64,000 nucleotides of DNA. It comes from a virus. The notes beneath the pieces are model-generated. The model was not told the origin of the DNA. It saw only the letters and a list, made by a program, of their open reading frames with translations, and did no database searches. The stretch lies in IMG/VR virus record IMGVR_UViG_3300030004_000009, positions 64,001-128,000 of that record; one strand, given 5' to 3'. Position numbers and translations under genes: made by a program. Positions 10,395-20,715 of this stretch are shown in pieces (positions within the stretch are counted from its first letter, which is position 1; every line of letters starts with the position of its first letter).

Positions 10395-10994
10395 TTAATG
10401 TGAATTTCTAAGACTTAATGTGTCTGAACTTAACTTGCTATATGTTGCTGTAACACTAGCTCTATCAGCTGTATAACTAGTAAAATTACTAATACCCATT
10501 TGCATACTCTCCCGTTGTGCATCTACATTAGCTCCAAGATAGATGAATTTCCAGTTATACATAGATTCTTGTTGAGTTATTCTAGTTTTAACATCACTTT
10601 TATATTTATGACTCATATTATCTTCACCATCTGTTAAGATAATGAATAGGACATGTTCTGGCCTATCATTTTCATGAAGAACTGCTAACTCTTTACCAGT
10701 TTGATCAATAACCTCACAGATGGCATCATTAAGTGCAGTCATTCCTCTAGGATTAAAATGCTCCATATCAAGATCTCTGATATTTTGAATATCTACAAAT
10801 CTAGTACCATATACATTCTCATTAGGATAACTAACCTCATTAGCAAACTTAGCAAATGTAAATGTACATTTACCTGGTGCTTCTTTCTGATCTTTTAAAA
10901 ATTTATTAAAACTCTCTATTGTCTCTCCTGCTATCTTTGTCATTGATGTAGAGGAATCTAATAGAAATGTTATGTGTGAATAGTTTTGAAGCAT
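10395..10994 (-). CDS. von Willebrand factor A domain protein
   Basis: MIDAS DxSxS (LDSSTSM), PRGMTALNDA, LTDGEDN and YLGAN motifs. Confidence 0.9.
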   Translation of the reverse strand: MLQNYSHITFLLDSSTSMTKIAGETIESFNKFLKDQKEAPGKCTFTFAKFANEVSYPNENVYGTRFVDIQNIRDLDMEHFNPRGMTALNDAICEVIDQTGKELAVLHENDRPEHVLFIILTDGEDNMSHKYKSDVKTRITQQESMYNWKFIYLGANVDAQRESMQMGISNFTSYTADRASVTATYSKLSSDTLSLRNSH

Positions 10995-11407
10995 TATATT
11001 TTTGATTTAGCTATGTCTAATAGTTTAAGTAATATAGCGCCTACAACTGTAGAGTTAGTTCTAACTGATAATACATCATTAACTGATAAAACTGGTTTGT
11101 GATTAGATATATAATAGGTAGTATCTTCATAAGTTAGAAAATATTTAGCAGTTTTACTAAATTCTTGACTACTAATTAACTCTGCTTTAAAAGGTCCATT
11201 ACTTACATAACGATTTGGGGCACCAGTACACTTATTAGTAAATACTACAAAGTAAGTATCTCCTTCATAAATAGGAGTTCCATCTATAGTAGTTATAAGT
11301 GGTTCTTTAGCTGGTTCCCAAAACTCAGGGTATCGTGAATGATCATCTATTGATTCATAACCTAGTTCTGGCGAGCCGGGATAGCTTTTTATAAGTTTAT
11401 ATTTCAT
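10994..11407 (-). CDS. hypothetical Bacteroidota-phage protein
   Basis: YKLIK.YPGSP.LG...YPEFWE pattern. Confidence 0.55.
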   Translation of the reverse strand: MKYKLIKSYPGSPELGYESIDDHSRYPEFWEPAKEPLITTIDGTPIYEGDTYFVVFTNKCTGAPNRYVSNGPFKAELISSQEFSKTAKYFLTYEDTTYYISNHKPVLSVNDVLSVRTNSTVVGAILLKLLDIAKSKI

Positions 11408-11410
11408 TAA

Positions 11411-11978
11411 TTATGGATTTATTATATTAAATGTGTTTATAAAGTCAATGATAGCATCAAAGACTTTAGATCTTTCAAATGAGAGGACTGCATCTCTTGT
11501 ATGTTGACGTAAATCAACAAGTAATCTACGTTCATGAGTTGTAATCTTATCACCAAAGTTATTAAGTTTAGTGCATATAATTTTAGCTACATACATCAAG
11601 TCAACCCAGTTTTTTTCGTAATTGGAATTACTTCTTTTTTCTCCAATGAAGTCTTCAATTATCTTTTTCTTATCGTTGTTCATCTTTCTCTTTAATAAAT
11701 TTTAATACAAGTTCATACATAGCATCAAGTCTAGTTTTATCACTTATTATAGGAATATTATCAAATGGTGGATTAATACCATTAAAACCAACCACATGTC
11801 TACGACCTTTACTATTATTTGTAGTAATCAAAGTAAAAGTATAACCTAAGTCTTGAATTTTAGTTATAATTCTATCTACTTCATCATAATTATTATAAGG
11901 ACGGCTAAATGGATTTACATCTCCAGTAAACTTCATTATAGCTCTAGTTTCGTTAGTTAGTTTCTCAGCCTTTGTCAT
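11411..11978 (-). CDS. two loosely related hypothetical proteins (11411-11683, 11670-11978)
   Basis: shared I..F.G...Y...I..K...F pattern. Confidence 0.45.
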
Positions 11979-12421
11979 TTTAAGAATGTTATCTTATAAA
12001 TAGTCTGATCAAGTGTACTTATAAAATTATCAATCTCGTTATGTACATTAGTTAGTTCACGAGGTACTATATCATAACGATTATTACAAATAGCACTCTT
12101 CAGCTCTGATAAATAATCAAGACACCTACCATGATAATCTATACCAAATATTAAAGTTACCGTGTCATATTGAACTATCTCTTTAGTACAGCCTTGATAT
12201 ACCTCTATTATTTTATCTGCATTCTTTTGTTGTCCTTTATAAAACTCATCAAGTGCTATATGTTCTGCAAATTCATCACATTGTAAATGTAATATATGTC
12301 CAGTTAACTTAGCACCAAGAATTAGTGAAAAGAATGCTTTTTTATCAATCTTAGTTACATTACCTTCATCAGTAGGTATTTGTTCTTGTTTCTTTTTAGG
12401 TACTATCCTACGCTCTTCCAT
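11975..12421 (-). CDS. ferritin/Dps-like four-helix protein (DUF5856-like)
   Basis: H.LH...HIALDEFY...D.IIE.YQG...YK..FLK. Confidence 0.7.
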   Translation of the reverse strand: MEERRIVPKKKQEQIPTDEGNVTKIDKKAFFSLILGAKLTGHILHLQCDEFAEHIALDEFYKGQQKNADKIIEVYQGCTKEIVQYDTVTLIFGIDYHGRCLDYLSELKSAICNNRYDIVPRELTNVHNEIDNFISTLDQTIYKITFLK

Positions 12422-12858
12422 TTAATATTTTCTTTTTGTGTAAGATAAAATATGATGTCACGCCAAGTCTCAAATGGTGCTTTACCAAACTGTATTTGTT
12501 CACCTTTAAATTTAGGCCATAAAGTATCATCAATTAAATAATCTGCATCACTTCTATGTTTATGGCAGGTAAAGTGTAAGTTATTAAGCATATCCTCACC
12601 AAAGTGTTGCTTAACCCATGCTGCTTTCTCTGTATAACATAATAAGTTCTTTATAGAAGGTCTTGTTACTATATGAACATCAAAGTGTCGCTGTAATAAA
12701 CTGATATAAAATAGAGCTCCTTCAATAGGTTTAAGCCCACTAAAGAAGCCATATTGTGATTGAGGATACTTTATACCTGGATTTACACTTAACGCTTGAT
12801 TATAAGCACTTTTAAAGTCACACAGGACATCATCCATGTCAATATCAACTATCTTCAT
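12403..12858 (-). CDS. HAD-family 5'(3')-deoxyribonucleotidase (NT5C-like)
   Basis: DMDDVLCDF, EK..WV..HFG and DYLIDD motifs. Confidence 0.85.
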   Translation of the reverse strand: MKIVDIDMDDVLCDFKSAYNQALSVNPGIKYPQSQYGFFSGLKPIEGALFYISLLQRHFDVHIVTRPSIKNLLCYTEKAAWVKQHFGEDMLNNLHFTCHKHRSDADYLIDDTLWPKFKGEQIQFGKAPFETWRDIIFYLTQKENIKWKSVG

Positions 12859-13749
12859 CTGTTAGCTTCCTATAATGTTCATCAACTGCTATATTATACT
12901 TATCATTAATTTCACTAATGATTTCACTTTCGTTAAAGTTATTAGTATAACATATAAAAAGGTTAATTATTTCTTGCTTATCCATTATGTTTAATTATAG
13001 TATCGTTTAAGTACATAACTACACTTGTTTCAAGTTTTTCATCATAATCGCTTTGTAGTTTTGCAACATAACGACGCCACTTATCTACATTCTCACGATT
13101 AGTATGACTTTTATCCATATCACGTAGATAAATTATAGCTTGATTTAATAACGATTTTAATTCTTCTAACTCTTTCATTTCTTTACCCTTAATCTAAATT
13201 TCTTATTTATGTTAGTTGTGCCTGTCCATTGACCATTATCAGGTCTTTCTGGATGAAATACTGGGATTATATACTGAACCTCACTTAAATAAACTATATG
13301 AGGATGACTACAAAAGTTAGGACTTAATGATGGATATTCAAAATATTTACCATTAAATGTAACTTGTCTTACTTCATTACCAAAGGCTATCCAATATTCA
13401 TCATTATTATATAACTTTATATCTTCAAGTAGTTGCCACTTTTGTGGTGATTTATCATATCTCATATCATTTTGCGAGTCGCCTCAGTAATTGGTTACTA
13501 AATTTATTTTGTGGTTTTAATTTGCGCTTTAACTTACGTGGAGCTTTATTAAAGAGTTCTGTTATATTTTGCTCCATTTCTTCTCTTTTCTCTTCACCAT
13601 ATTCAGTTCCAAGAGTTCTAACAAGATCTTGCATTTGTGGTGGAAGCGCTTCAAATTCAGCATCTAACTGTTTATCAGATTTAGCTAGTTCTTCAAATGA
13701 TTGTGGAGATTTCCACTTATCATCTAATGGTATTTTAAAATTGTCTTCA

Positions 13750-15883
13750 CTATTCATACGACCTTATACATTTCATTGTATTAATAAAGGGAATGCCCTC
13801 AGGAGTTAAATTAAAGAACTTGACTGTTGCCATCTTACCTATAATATTTTTTTCATCCTTTATGTATCTAAACTTTTGTTCTCTTGTACCTATAGGTTTA
13901 GAATCAAATTCTTTACCATCTTTAGTTATACACTTAAATGTCATATCTTCAGGGCGGACATTATCATTATTAAGACCTATGATTTCAAACTCTTCTTCCT
14001 GGAATTCTTTAACTTTAACCATCCTATCATCACGTGTTCCGTATCCATATAACCTAGAAGCATCACGACAAATAGCGCCTTCAAACCCATCTCTAACCCA
14101 TAGATCATGTATTGTTTTAATTGTTTCATAGCTTGATAGCTTAATTTGCGCATTAATTTTTATATTGTCTTCTTTATCAAAATGACCGTCTAATGAGTTA
14201 AGCAAGATTGCACGTTCTTCTGCATTTCGAGAGTTATCGGCAAAGTCAAATATCCAAAATTCTAAGTCTCCATGTCTTTCTTCTTCGTATTCGTGTTTCT
14301 GAGATAAGCCAGATAATACTTGTAACGGCACACCATGTATATAGAGCTCCCCATCCACCATAATATTATCACCATTTTCATTCTGTAGTTTTTTAAAGAA
14401 ACTCTTCCACTTTTTACTTTTAAAGATCTTTTCGAAGGCTGGATCTAAACTTTTTCCCCTTCTACTAATAGAAGTTAATTTACTTTCTTGGTAGTAAATA
14501 CCTGCTCTTATCAATTTTATTATCTTATAGGCTCTTTATCCTATAACTCTATAGATTATCATTCTCTATAGTTTGGACTATATCTTTATTATTTACATAA
14601 GTTAAAATGTTCTTAGCAAAAGTTTTAAGTTCTTCTGGAGAAGCGTCAGATTTCATTGTATTAGCCATTCTAGATATTACACGAACATTACCTTTTACAT
14701 ACCCTAGTTCAGGAATGATTTTATCTAAAGTCATAGAGTTGAATTCAGATCTACCTTCGTTTTGAATCATTTCTATACCTAATATAGGACAGTATTTAGT
14801 AATTATAATATCTTCAAGATCAAGATTGAAAGGAATATTTTTTTCTGAAGCTCTAACTCTAGCTCCAGCCCACATAAAATATCCAGGATGTCTAGTTCTT
14901 AAAATTTCAAGACCTTCTTTGGTACGTTCTTTATATTGTATAAAGCGTTCACCATTTTCTTCTTTCATTTTATCGTAATACCTTTTACTACGAATGGCAA
15001 CTTTCTCTTGCCATTCTGGATCATTAGCTCGCCTCCACTGTTCATGTTCTCGTCTCTCTTCTTTATGTTCTTGACGATACTCTTGATTCTTGGCCATTGT
15101 GCAAGTTTTACATCTTGCTTGCTTTCCGTCCTTTTTAACTCTTTTATCATTAAAATACTGATCTAATGGTTTTTCGATTTTACACTTTGTGCAGATTTTA
15201 CTTGTCATACTTTCTCTTTGTTTTTACACAAAGATACGAAATATTTCTGAAACCATCAAGTTTTTTAACAAATTTATTTTCAACTTATATAAATAACACT
15301 CTGCTTTCGTGGAGGATTATTATCCGTTCTGGATTCACCTCTAGTCTCTACACACACTCTAGTATCCCTACTAGGCTTGGCTCGGTATTCTCATTTCAGA
15401 GTTCACCGAATTAACAGAGTTTAATGACGGCAAAGATTCACCGTCCAACTTCCTAGAAACCCACCACTCTTTATTCCAATCAAAGCCCTTTTTAGACTTG
15501 ACAGTTTTTGGATCTTTAGCTAACATTAATTGACGACTACCATCAGCGTATTCCTTACCTTTTGGTAACATTGAATCTATAAAGTCATAGTCATTAAGAT
15601 TAGCTTCCCATCCTTCAACTGCTGTTACTTCAGGGCATAACTCTTGTAATGTTTTATAACCTTTATCTTTTTGTTTATTTATTAATGATCTAAACTCTAA
15701 TTGTGCTTGTTGTTCTAAAGTCCTTTTAACCTTGCCCTTACTTATTATAAGGTCCGGTTGCTTAGTTAACTTACCGTTTAGAACACCAGTTTCTTTAGTA
15801 ATCTTATAATAATTACTAAACTTAATAACCTTCACAATCATAGTTCGTATCTTACCTGAGCTATCACGATTATATAACTGCAA
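13750..15883 (-). CDS. lig: ATP-dependent DNA ligase, two exons (15883-15440 and 14511-13750; 401 aa spliced)
   Basis: Splicing restores motif I KLDG|IR. Exon 2 has DGELY, FDF, EGAICR and KVK. Confidence 0.9.
14549..15208 (-). CDS. intron-encoded His-Me finger (HNH/EndoVII-like) homing endonuclease
   Basis: N-terminal CxxC..CxxC; CPILG...LDKIIP..GYVKGNV.VIS..AN..K. Confidence 0.8.
   Translation of the reverse strand: MTSKICTKCKIEKPLDQYFNDKRVKKDGKQARCKTCTMAKNQEYRQEHKEERREHEQWRRANDPEWQEKVAIRSKRYYDKMKEENGERFIQYKERTKEGLEILRTRHPGYFMWAGARVRASEKNIPFNLDLEDIIITKYCPILGIEMIQNEGRSEFNSMTLDKIIPELGYVKGNVRVISRMANTMKSDASPEELKTFAKNILTYVNNKDIVQTIENDNL
15229..15280 (-). promoter_or_regulatory. Bacteroidota-type promoter for the intron endonuclease
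   Basis: CTTG-N20-TATCTTTG, with AAAATAAATTTG further upstream. Confidence 0.7.
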
Positions 15884-15888
15884 TTGAT

Positions 15889-16385
15889 TTAAAACTTTAT
15901 TTCATAACAGGTTTCATTATAACCTGACATTTGACGTTTAACTGAATATCCTAACGATTCAAGATATTTTTGTACTATCTCTGGTAAACTGTCGTAATAA
16001 TAAAACACATGTTCACCTTTACTTATAACTATGTCAATACTTTTCTGTATTCCAGGTAAGTACTTTAACATAGCTTCGTTATTTAAGTCAAGATGTGTTT
16101 TATCTGCTTTTTCAGCAGCCTCTTTCGCTGTCATCATTACCAACTAATTATATAACCACTCTGATATTCACCTTGTCTTTGATCGAATACCATATTTGAA
16201 TTAACTTTATACTCTAATGCTTTAAGTTTAATTTTTGCTAAATCACTAAGTGAATCTAATGTAACACTTGCTTTATTTTTAGTAATAGCATTTGCCATTG
16301 CTAACTCTATCTTTCTCATTTCTTCATCTATAGCTACATTTTGTTTAGAGGACAGTAGTGCCCTCATCTCTTTTGCATTTATCAT
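15889..16385 (-). CDS. two paralogous small proteins (15889-16143, 16137-16385)
   Basis: both have AKE...I..AI/VI.K...L..L.Y.V...Y.I.W/F. Confidence 0.55.
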
Positions 16386-17266
16386 GGTAATTTTAATAGT
16401 TTAGTGTACTCTTTATTATAATTATTTAAAACTGTGAAGTAGTTATCTATACTGAATTGTCTAAAAAACCCTGACGTAAGTGTAGTACACACGCGCATAA
16501 GAGCCCATTTAAAAGCTTCATGTGCAGGAAATCTTGCTCTATCACCTTTAATAGTTGGTATTATATGACGTTCTAATGCTATCGTATAACACTCTTCCAT
16601 CACACAATGAATTTTATCTTCATAGCTAAATGCATCCCATAAATCTTTATGACATTCTACTTTAGTATGATCACGTTGCATATACCAATACATAGGATGT
16701 TCTTTATGAGCAACCATGTAATGAATATCGTCATGGATTAAATACTTCTTCACGTTATCATCAAAGAACTGCTCTTTACTAACACCTTTAAGTTTAGGTA
16801 ATCTTTGTTTACCTATACGTTCTTCTGTACACTTTCTATGAAGTTTGATTCGTTCTTGAGTTTCTTCAGGAAAGCCTTCATAAGTCCAAAGTACACTAGA
16901 TTCCACTAGTTTCTTTAAGAAATGATAGTCGCCAATGTGCTTTCCCCATTGCCTATGTGGAAAGGTTATATGACCTGCTTTGATAATGAAAAGTTCTATA
17001 GGATCAGCAATTACACTATCCCATTTCTCACGAAGTTCGCCTTTTAATAAGTAAGCTAAACTCTCTTGTTTATCAGCTAAAAGACATTCTATTTTTCTAC
17101 CTTGATACATAAAAGAGCAAACATAATCATCACCATTTGTAATTTCTACTTCAATGTCTTCTTTATAACAGATAATATCAATATCCTTAGCAGGTCTTAT
17201 ACCTAAAGCATAACTTCCAATTATTAAGTACCTACTCACAGGCAGGTTTAGTAGATTTGTGTTCAT
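16382..17266 (-). CDS. phage nucleotidyltransferase-domain protein
   Basis: IIGSYAL...KDIDII N-terminus; C-terminal FF.D.V...HD.IH...EE..IALER...G.FR conserved block. Confidence 0.65.
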   Translation of the reverse strand: MNTNLLNLPVSRYLIIGSYALGIRPAKDIDIICYKEDIEVEITNGDDYVCSFMYQGRKIECLLADKQESLAYLLKGELREKWDSVIADPIELFIIKAGHITFPHRQWGKHIGDYHFLKKLVESSVLWTYEGFPEETQERIKLHRKCTEERIGKQRLPKLKGVSKEQFFDDNVKKYLIHDDIHYMVAHKEHPMYWYMQRDHTKVECHKDLWDAFSYEDKIHCVMEECYTIALERHIIPTIKGDRARFPAHEAFKWALMRVCTTLTSGFFRQFSIDNYFTVLNNYNKEYTKLLKLP

Positions 17267-17268
17267 CT

Positions 17269-17748
17269 TTATTCATAAACTATTATTGTCTTTTCTCTTG
17301 GTGTAACAATTCTCCAGTCACTTAAGTCAGTAACTCCCTCATATGAGTAATATTTACCATCTGATCGTACATACTTGTCAAAGTCTTTAAAGTATAACAC
17401 TAAATGATAACTCTCACCATTTCCTTCACTACCGCCTTCTTCTTCAACTACTTCAAATTCACCAGCAGATTTTAAGATAGACTTTATTAATTCTTCTTCT
17501 AATTTACAGATTTCGTTATTTATAGCATTGACTTCTGGAGAAATTTTGTAATGATTATAACTAGGAACACTCTTTATGATGTCTTTCTGATCTTTAAGTT
17601 CTTCTATCCTAATTTTTATTTGTTCTGCAATTCCATTGAGATTATAGTCATCTTCAAGATAATAATCTATATCATACTGTTCATCAACATAGAATGTAGG
17701 AGTAAATCCTACATTCTTCAATAATTCTAAAAATTCTTTGTCTTCCAT
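17269..17748 (-). CDS. hypothetical phage protein
   Basis: EGG.EG.GE...G.YYSYEG...V.P.EK...VYE family pattern. Confidence 0.6.
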   Translation of the reverse strand: MEDKEFLELLKNVGFTPTFYVDEQYDIDYYLEDDYNLNGIAEQIKIRIEELKDQKDIIKSVPSYNHYKISPEVNAINNEICKLEEELIKSILKSAGEFEVVEEEGGSEGNGESYHLVLYFKDFDKYVRSDGKYYSYEGVTDLSDWRIVTPREKTIIVYE

Positions 17749-17958
17749 AATTAATAAAATACTTCTCTATATGAGTCTTCATAACTGTCTTCGTATGAGT
17801 TATAATCTGATTCATAACTTACTTTAGCTTTATATTGATCTATAACTTCATAACTAGGTTCTCTATCAAAAGTTCTCCTAAAAAGTTCTTCAAATGCACC
17901 TACATTATCTCTATTATTTGTTAAACCAAATAATTCAATTAGAAATAAATCTAACTCC

Positions 17959-18002
17959 CCTTTCATAATTATCCTTTCATAATTATCCTTTCATAATTAT
18001 CC
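17959..18002. repeat. 14-bp tandem repeat x3 covering the start of ORF 17751-17966
   Basis: (CCTTTCATAATTAT)3; minus strand GGATAATTATGAAA. Confidence 0.95.
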
Positions 18003-18314
18003 ATTAATTTTATATATGCTTATCAAATGTATTAATTAATTTCTGATTCTCAGTATTTAAGAAAGCAAAAATATCTACTAACTTATCTAACTTATTTAAA
18101 TGACCACTGGGATCTGGTGGAGTTTCTTTCACACTAGGTGTAGGTTTAGGAATTGGCATTAATTTATCTATAACTTTCTCATAATCATATGTAATCGTAG
18201 AATATCTATCTAATTGATAAAGTAAACTATCTATTATACTCTCTAATGTAGTACTTTGTTTTTCTGATAGATCACTACCATATCCTACTGATTCTTTTAT
18301 TTGTGGTATTCCCA

Positions 18315-18920
18315 TTATTTCTTTATTACTCTATTATCACTCTTATTCTCACCTTCTATCTCTTTAACTTCGTGATATCTCCATTTAAATCCGAAAGCAC
18401 TTTTTCTCTTTCCTTTACAACATGAACCAATAGTACTAGTAAAGCTTGCATCTTTTCCTACAGATTTACACGCATCACTAATTGATATAAATGTATCGAC
18501 TAATTCTAAAGTGTTATAGTCTAATTTGTCTACAGGTAATCTCTTAGATTCATAAGTACAAGCTGGAGGTCTAATATTATGTTCTTTCGCATAAGCTCTA
18601 AGTTTATCTTTGGTTTCTTCACTCATTACTTTACCAACTTGTGAGTAAGCTTTAGGACAAATGTTATATTTTGGAGTTAAACTATCTAAATAATGATTCT
18701 CTCTATCACATAAATCTTCTCTTTCACATTCTTCTATCACATTAAAGGTAAAAGAATCTTTACCATATTTATCATATGCTCTCTGTAATATGATAGAATG
18801 ATGTCTATTGCCTTTTAAATCTTTTTTATGCCTTTTAAATCTTTCCTGGATATTGACTGATGAACCAATGTAACAGTCTCCGTTTGTCTCGTTTAGTATT
18901 TTATATACACCTGAACTCAT
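18315..18920 (-). CDS. free-standing GIY-YIG homing endonuclease with NUMOD1-like tail
   Basis: SGVYKI...YIGSS...R...H...E...YN; CCKGKRKSAFGFKW. Confidence 0.9.
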   Translation of the reverse strand: MSSGVYKILNETNGDCYIGSSVNIQERFKRHKKDLKGNRHHSIILQRAYDKYGKDSFTFNVIEECEREDLCDRENHYLDSLTPKYNICPKAYSQVGKVMSEETKDKLRAYAKEHNIRPPACTYESKRLPVDKLDYNTLELVDTFISISDACKSVGKDASFTSTIGSCCKGKRKSAFGFKWRYHEVKEIEGENKSDNRVIKK

Positions 18921-18927
18921 AATAGTT

Positions 18928-18959
18928 CAAAGGTAGTAAAAATACTCCATTAAAACAAA
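18928..18959 (-). promoter_or_regulatory. Bacteroidota-type promoter
   Basis: TTTG-N20-TACCTTTG, 7 nt before the ATG. Confidence 0.75.
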
Positions 18960-18960
18960 T

Positions 18961-19305
18961 TTATTTTAAAATAACTCTTGGATCACGCAGATTCTCTTCA
19001 GGTATAGTTTTACGGTGCTGTAGAAATCCTTTAAAGTTTCCTGACCAAATACTACTTGAAAGCGCTTGTGCAACATGTTCAAATGGACTGAGATGCTTAG
19101 AAGTTAAAAGAGTATTATACAATTTTATATCTGCTTCATAGTCGTCTTTACCTTCAAAGTTAAGATAACTCACGCGGGCGCAGTGAGCTACACGTATCAT
19201 TAAAGCTATCTGTTCTAATGATTTGAATTCACTATTTCCAAATTTAGCTATAGCTAATGGTGTTAATCTATTTATATCTAATCCTGCGATACTATGTATT
19301 TCCAT
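18961..19305 (-). CDS. thyX: ThyX C-terminal fragment
   Basis: CARVSY, HLSPFEH and NF.GF.Q.R, the conserved C-terminal block of phage ThyX. Confidence 0.8.
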   Translation of the reverse strand: MEIHSIAGLDINRLTPLAIAKFGNSEFKSLEQIALMIRVAHCARVSYLNFEGKDDYEADIKLYNTLLTSKHLSPFEHVAQALSSSIWSGNFKGFLQHRKTIPEENLRDPRVILK

Positions 19306-20087
19306 TTCTTATGTTTATCATTCCCTTTTAATCTATGTATCGTAGTAGTATGAATACCAGCTAATATAGATAGTTGTTCTATACTATCAGCTTCTATTAA
19401 TTCATTAGTTATTTTATTTAATAACTTACAAGCTACTCTATTATGAGGAACTCTACCACTAACATTAAAATTATCTCCACGTCTACTAGTATAAGGTTCA
19501 ATTTTTAAAAGAGGTACCTCGGTGAATTTTTGAAACATGAAGTTATTTCTACTCCATTTCTTTTTATGACAACGATGAATATCGTTGTCAGGTATTCCAG
19601 TTTGACGGGATGCTTCCATCACTGACTCAAACTCTTCAATGAAGTTACCTTCTAGGTCATATTTAGCAACTTTTACTTTCTTTGATCCAGCGATGCGATT
19701 AAGTGTATTTTCAGGAGTAGCCTTACCTCTTCCACCACCTTCAGTTAAATTATATCCGACTCCATTAGTACTAGATTTAAATAAATCTATATAATAGACC
19801 TCTTTCTCATTTAACTCCTTCTCATCAGTTACTTCATCTAGTATTTCAATAGTAAAGTTTTCCGCTCCATACTTAAGTATAGCTTTATGAATATAACATA
19901 TACTTTTAGTTCTATTGGTTGTACAATCAGTATGTTCCTTAACTCTAACACGAAATCTTGTAGTTATACCTATATAGATCTTATGATTTACTAAATTGGT
20001 AATCTTATAAATTATATTTTTTCCTGTGTAACAATCTAATTGCTTTCTTGCTTTTAATGGTTTTAATTCTTCTAATGTGGCTTTCAT
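19278..20087 (-). CDS. GIY-YIG homing endonuclease inserted in thyX
   Basis: IIYKITN...IYIG...R...H...E..YI...GYNLTEGG plus NUMOD-like repeats. Confidence 0.9.
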   Translation of the reverse strand: MKATLEELKPLKARKQLDCYTGKNIIYKITNLVNHKIYIGITTRFRVRVKEHTDCTTNRTKSICYIHKAILKYGAENFTIEILDEVTDEKELNEKEVYYIDLFKSSTNGVGYNLTEGGGRGKATPENTLNRIAGSKKVKVAKYDLEGNFIEEFESVMEASRQTGIPDNDIHRCHKKKWSRNNFMFQKFTEVPLLKIEPYTSRRGDNFNVSGRVPHNRVACKLLNKITNELIEADSIEQLSILAGIHTTTIHRLKGNDKHKKWKYIVSQD

Positions 20088-20106
20088 TTTTCTCTTTGTT
20101 TTTACA

Positions 20107-20138
20107 TAAAGATACGAAACTATTTCCAGATATGCAAG
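20107..20138 (-). promoter_or_regulatory. Bacteroidota-type promoter (near consensus)
   Basis: CTTG-N20-TATCTTTA. Confidence 0.6.
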
Positions 20139-20151
20139 TATTTAATCATAT

Positions 20152-20715
20152 TTATTTTAATTTAGAGAAATCAGGTATATGATACTCTCCACCTTTTAAC
20201 AACTTTGGTTCACTCTCATTATAAGCTATTAACATCTTTTCTGCTAAATCTGCTATATGAATCTCAGCTTGAGGATGAGCACGTAATGCAAAGAAATTCT
20301 CATATTCACTGGCAGTACAAATGACTGTATGATACAGGAAAGGTTCTAATAGACGATTACATAATTGTTTAGTTACTCCTAGATTCGACAACTCTTCTGC
20401 CATCAAAGCTGCTGCTTTTGCAGATTGTATCCACCACTCTTGTCTCTTTAATAACTCCTCACCTTCAAAGTATTCAGTACCCTGCATTCCCTTATGCTCA
20501 CGAAGAAATTTTATAGGCACAAACGGTTCCTCTTGTACTTTCTTCAACATAGTTTTAAAAGGAATTGCTCTAGAACTTGCACTATTGCGTGAAAGCATTC
20601 TGTGTGTATTTAGCTCAGCTAAAACAATTCTAGGAAATACAAGTACAAATGTTGTCAATCTATCTCCAAACTCATTTAAGCTATCCGCTATTATTTTAGC
20701 ACTAATTCTATTCAT
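20152..20715 (-). CDS. thyX: flavin-dependent thymidylate synthase ThyX, N-terminal fragment
   Basis: ELNTHRMLSRNSASSRAIP (ThyX motif), KQ..NRLLEPF, FF.LR.H. Confidence 0.9.
   Translation of the reverse strand: MNRISAKIIADSLNEFGDRLTTFVLVFPRIVLAELNTHRMLSRNSASSRAIPFKTMLKKVQEEPFVPIKFLREHKGMQGTEYFEGEELLKRQEWWIQSAKAAALMAEELSNLGVTKQLCNRLLEPFLYHTVICTASEYENFFALRAHPQAEIHIADLAEKMLIAYNESEPKLLKGGEYHIPDFSKLK

Larger units (their letters stand above)
14512..15439 (-). mobile_element. group I intron in the DNA ligase gene
   Basis: P1 GACGGU/GCCGUC with a U-G splice-site pair. Core AAUUCGGUGAA...AAUACCGAGCCAAGC, P7 GACUA/UAGUC, terminal G. Exons join in frame. Confidence 0.9.

Noticed and set aside
17959-18002. 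CRISPR array
   Set aside because: The 14-bp units are contiguous with no spacers; no cas genes or spacer arrays were seen in the window.
19278-20151. Group I intron in thyX
   Set aside because: No room for a ribozyme core, and none of the P4/P7 sequences found in the three real introns.
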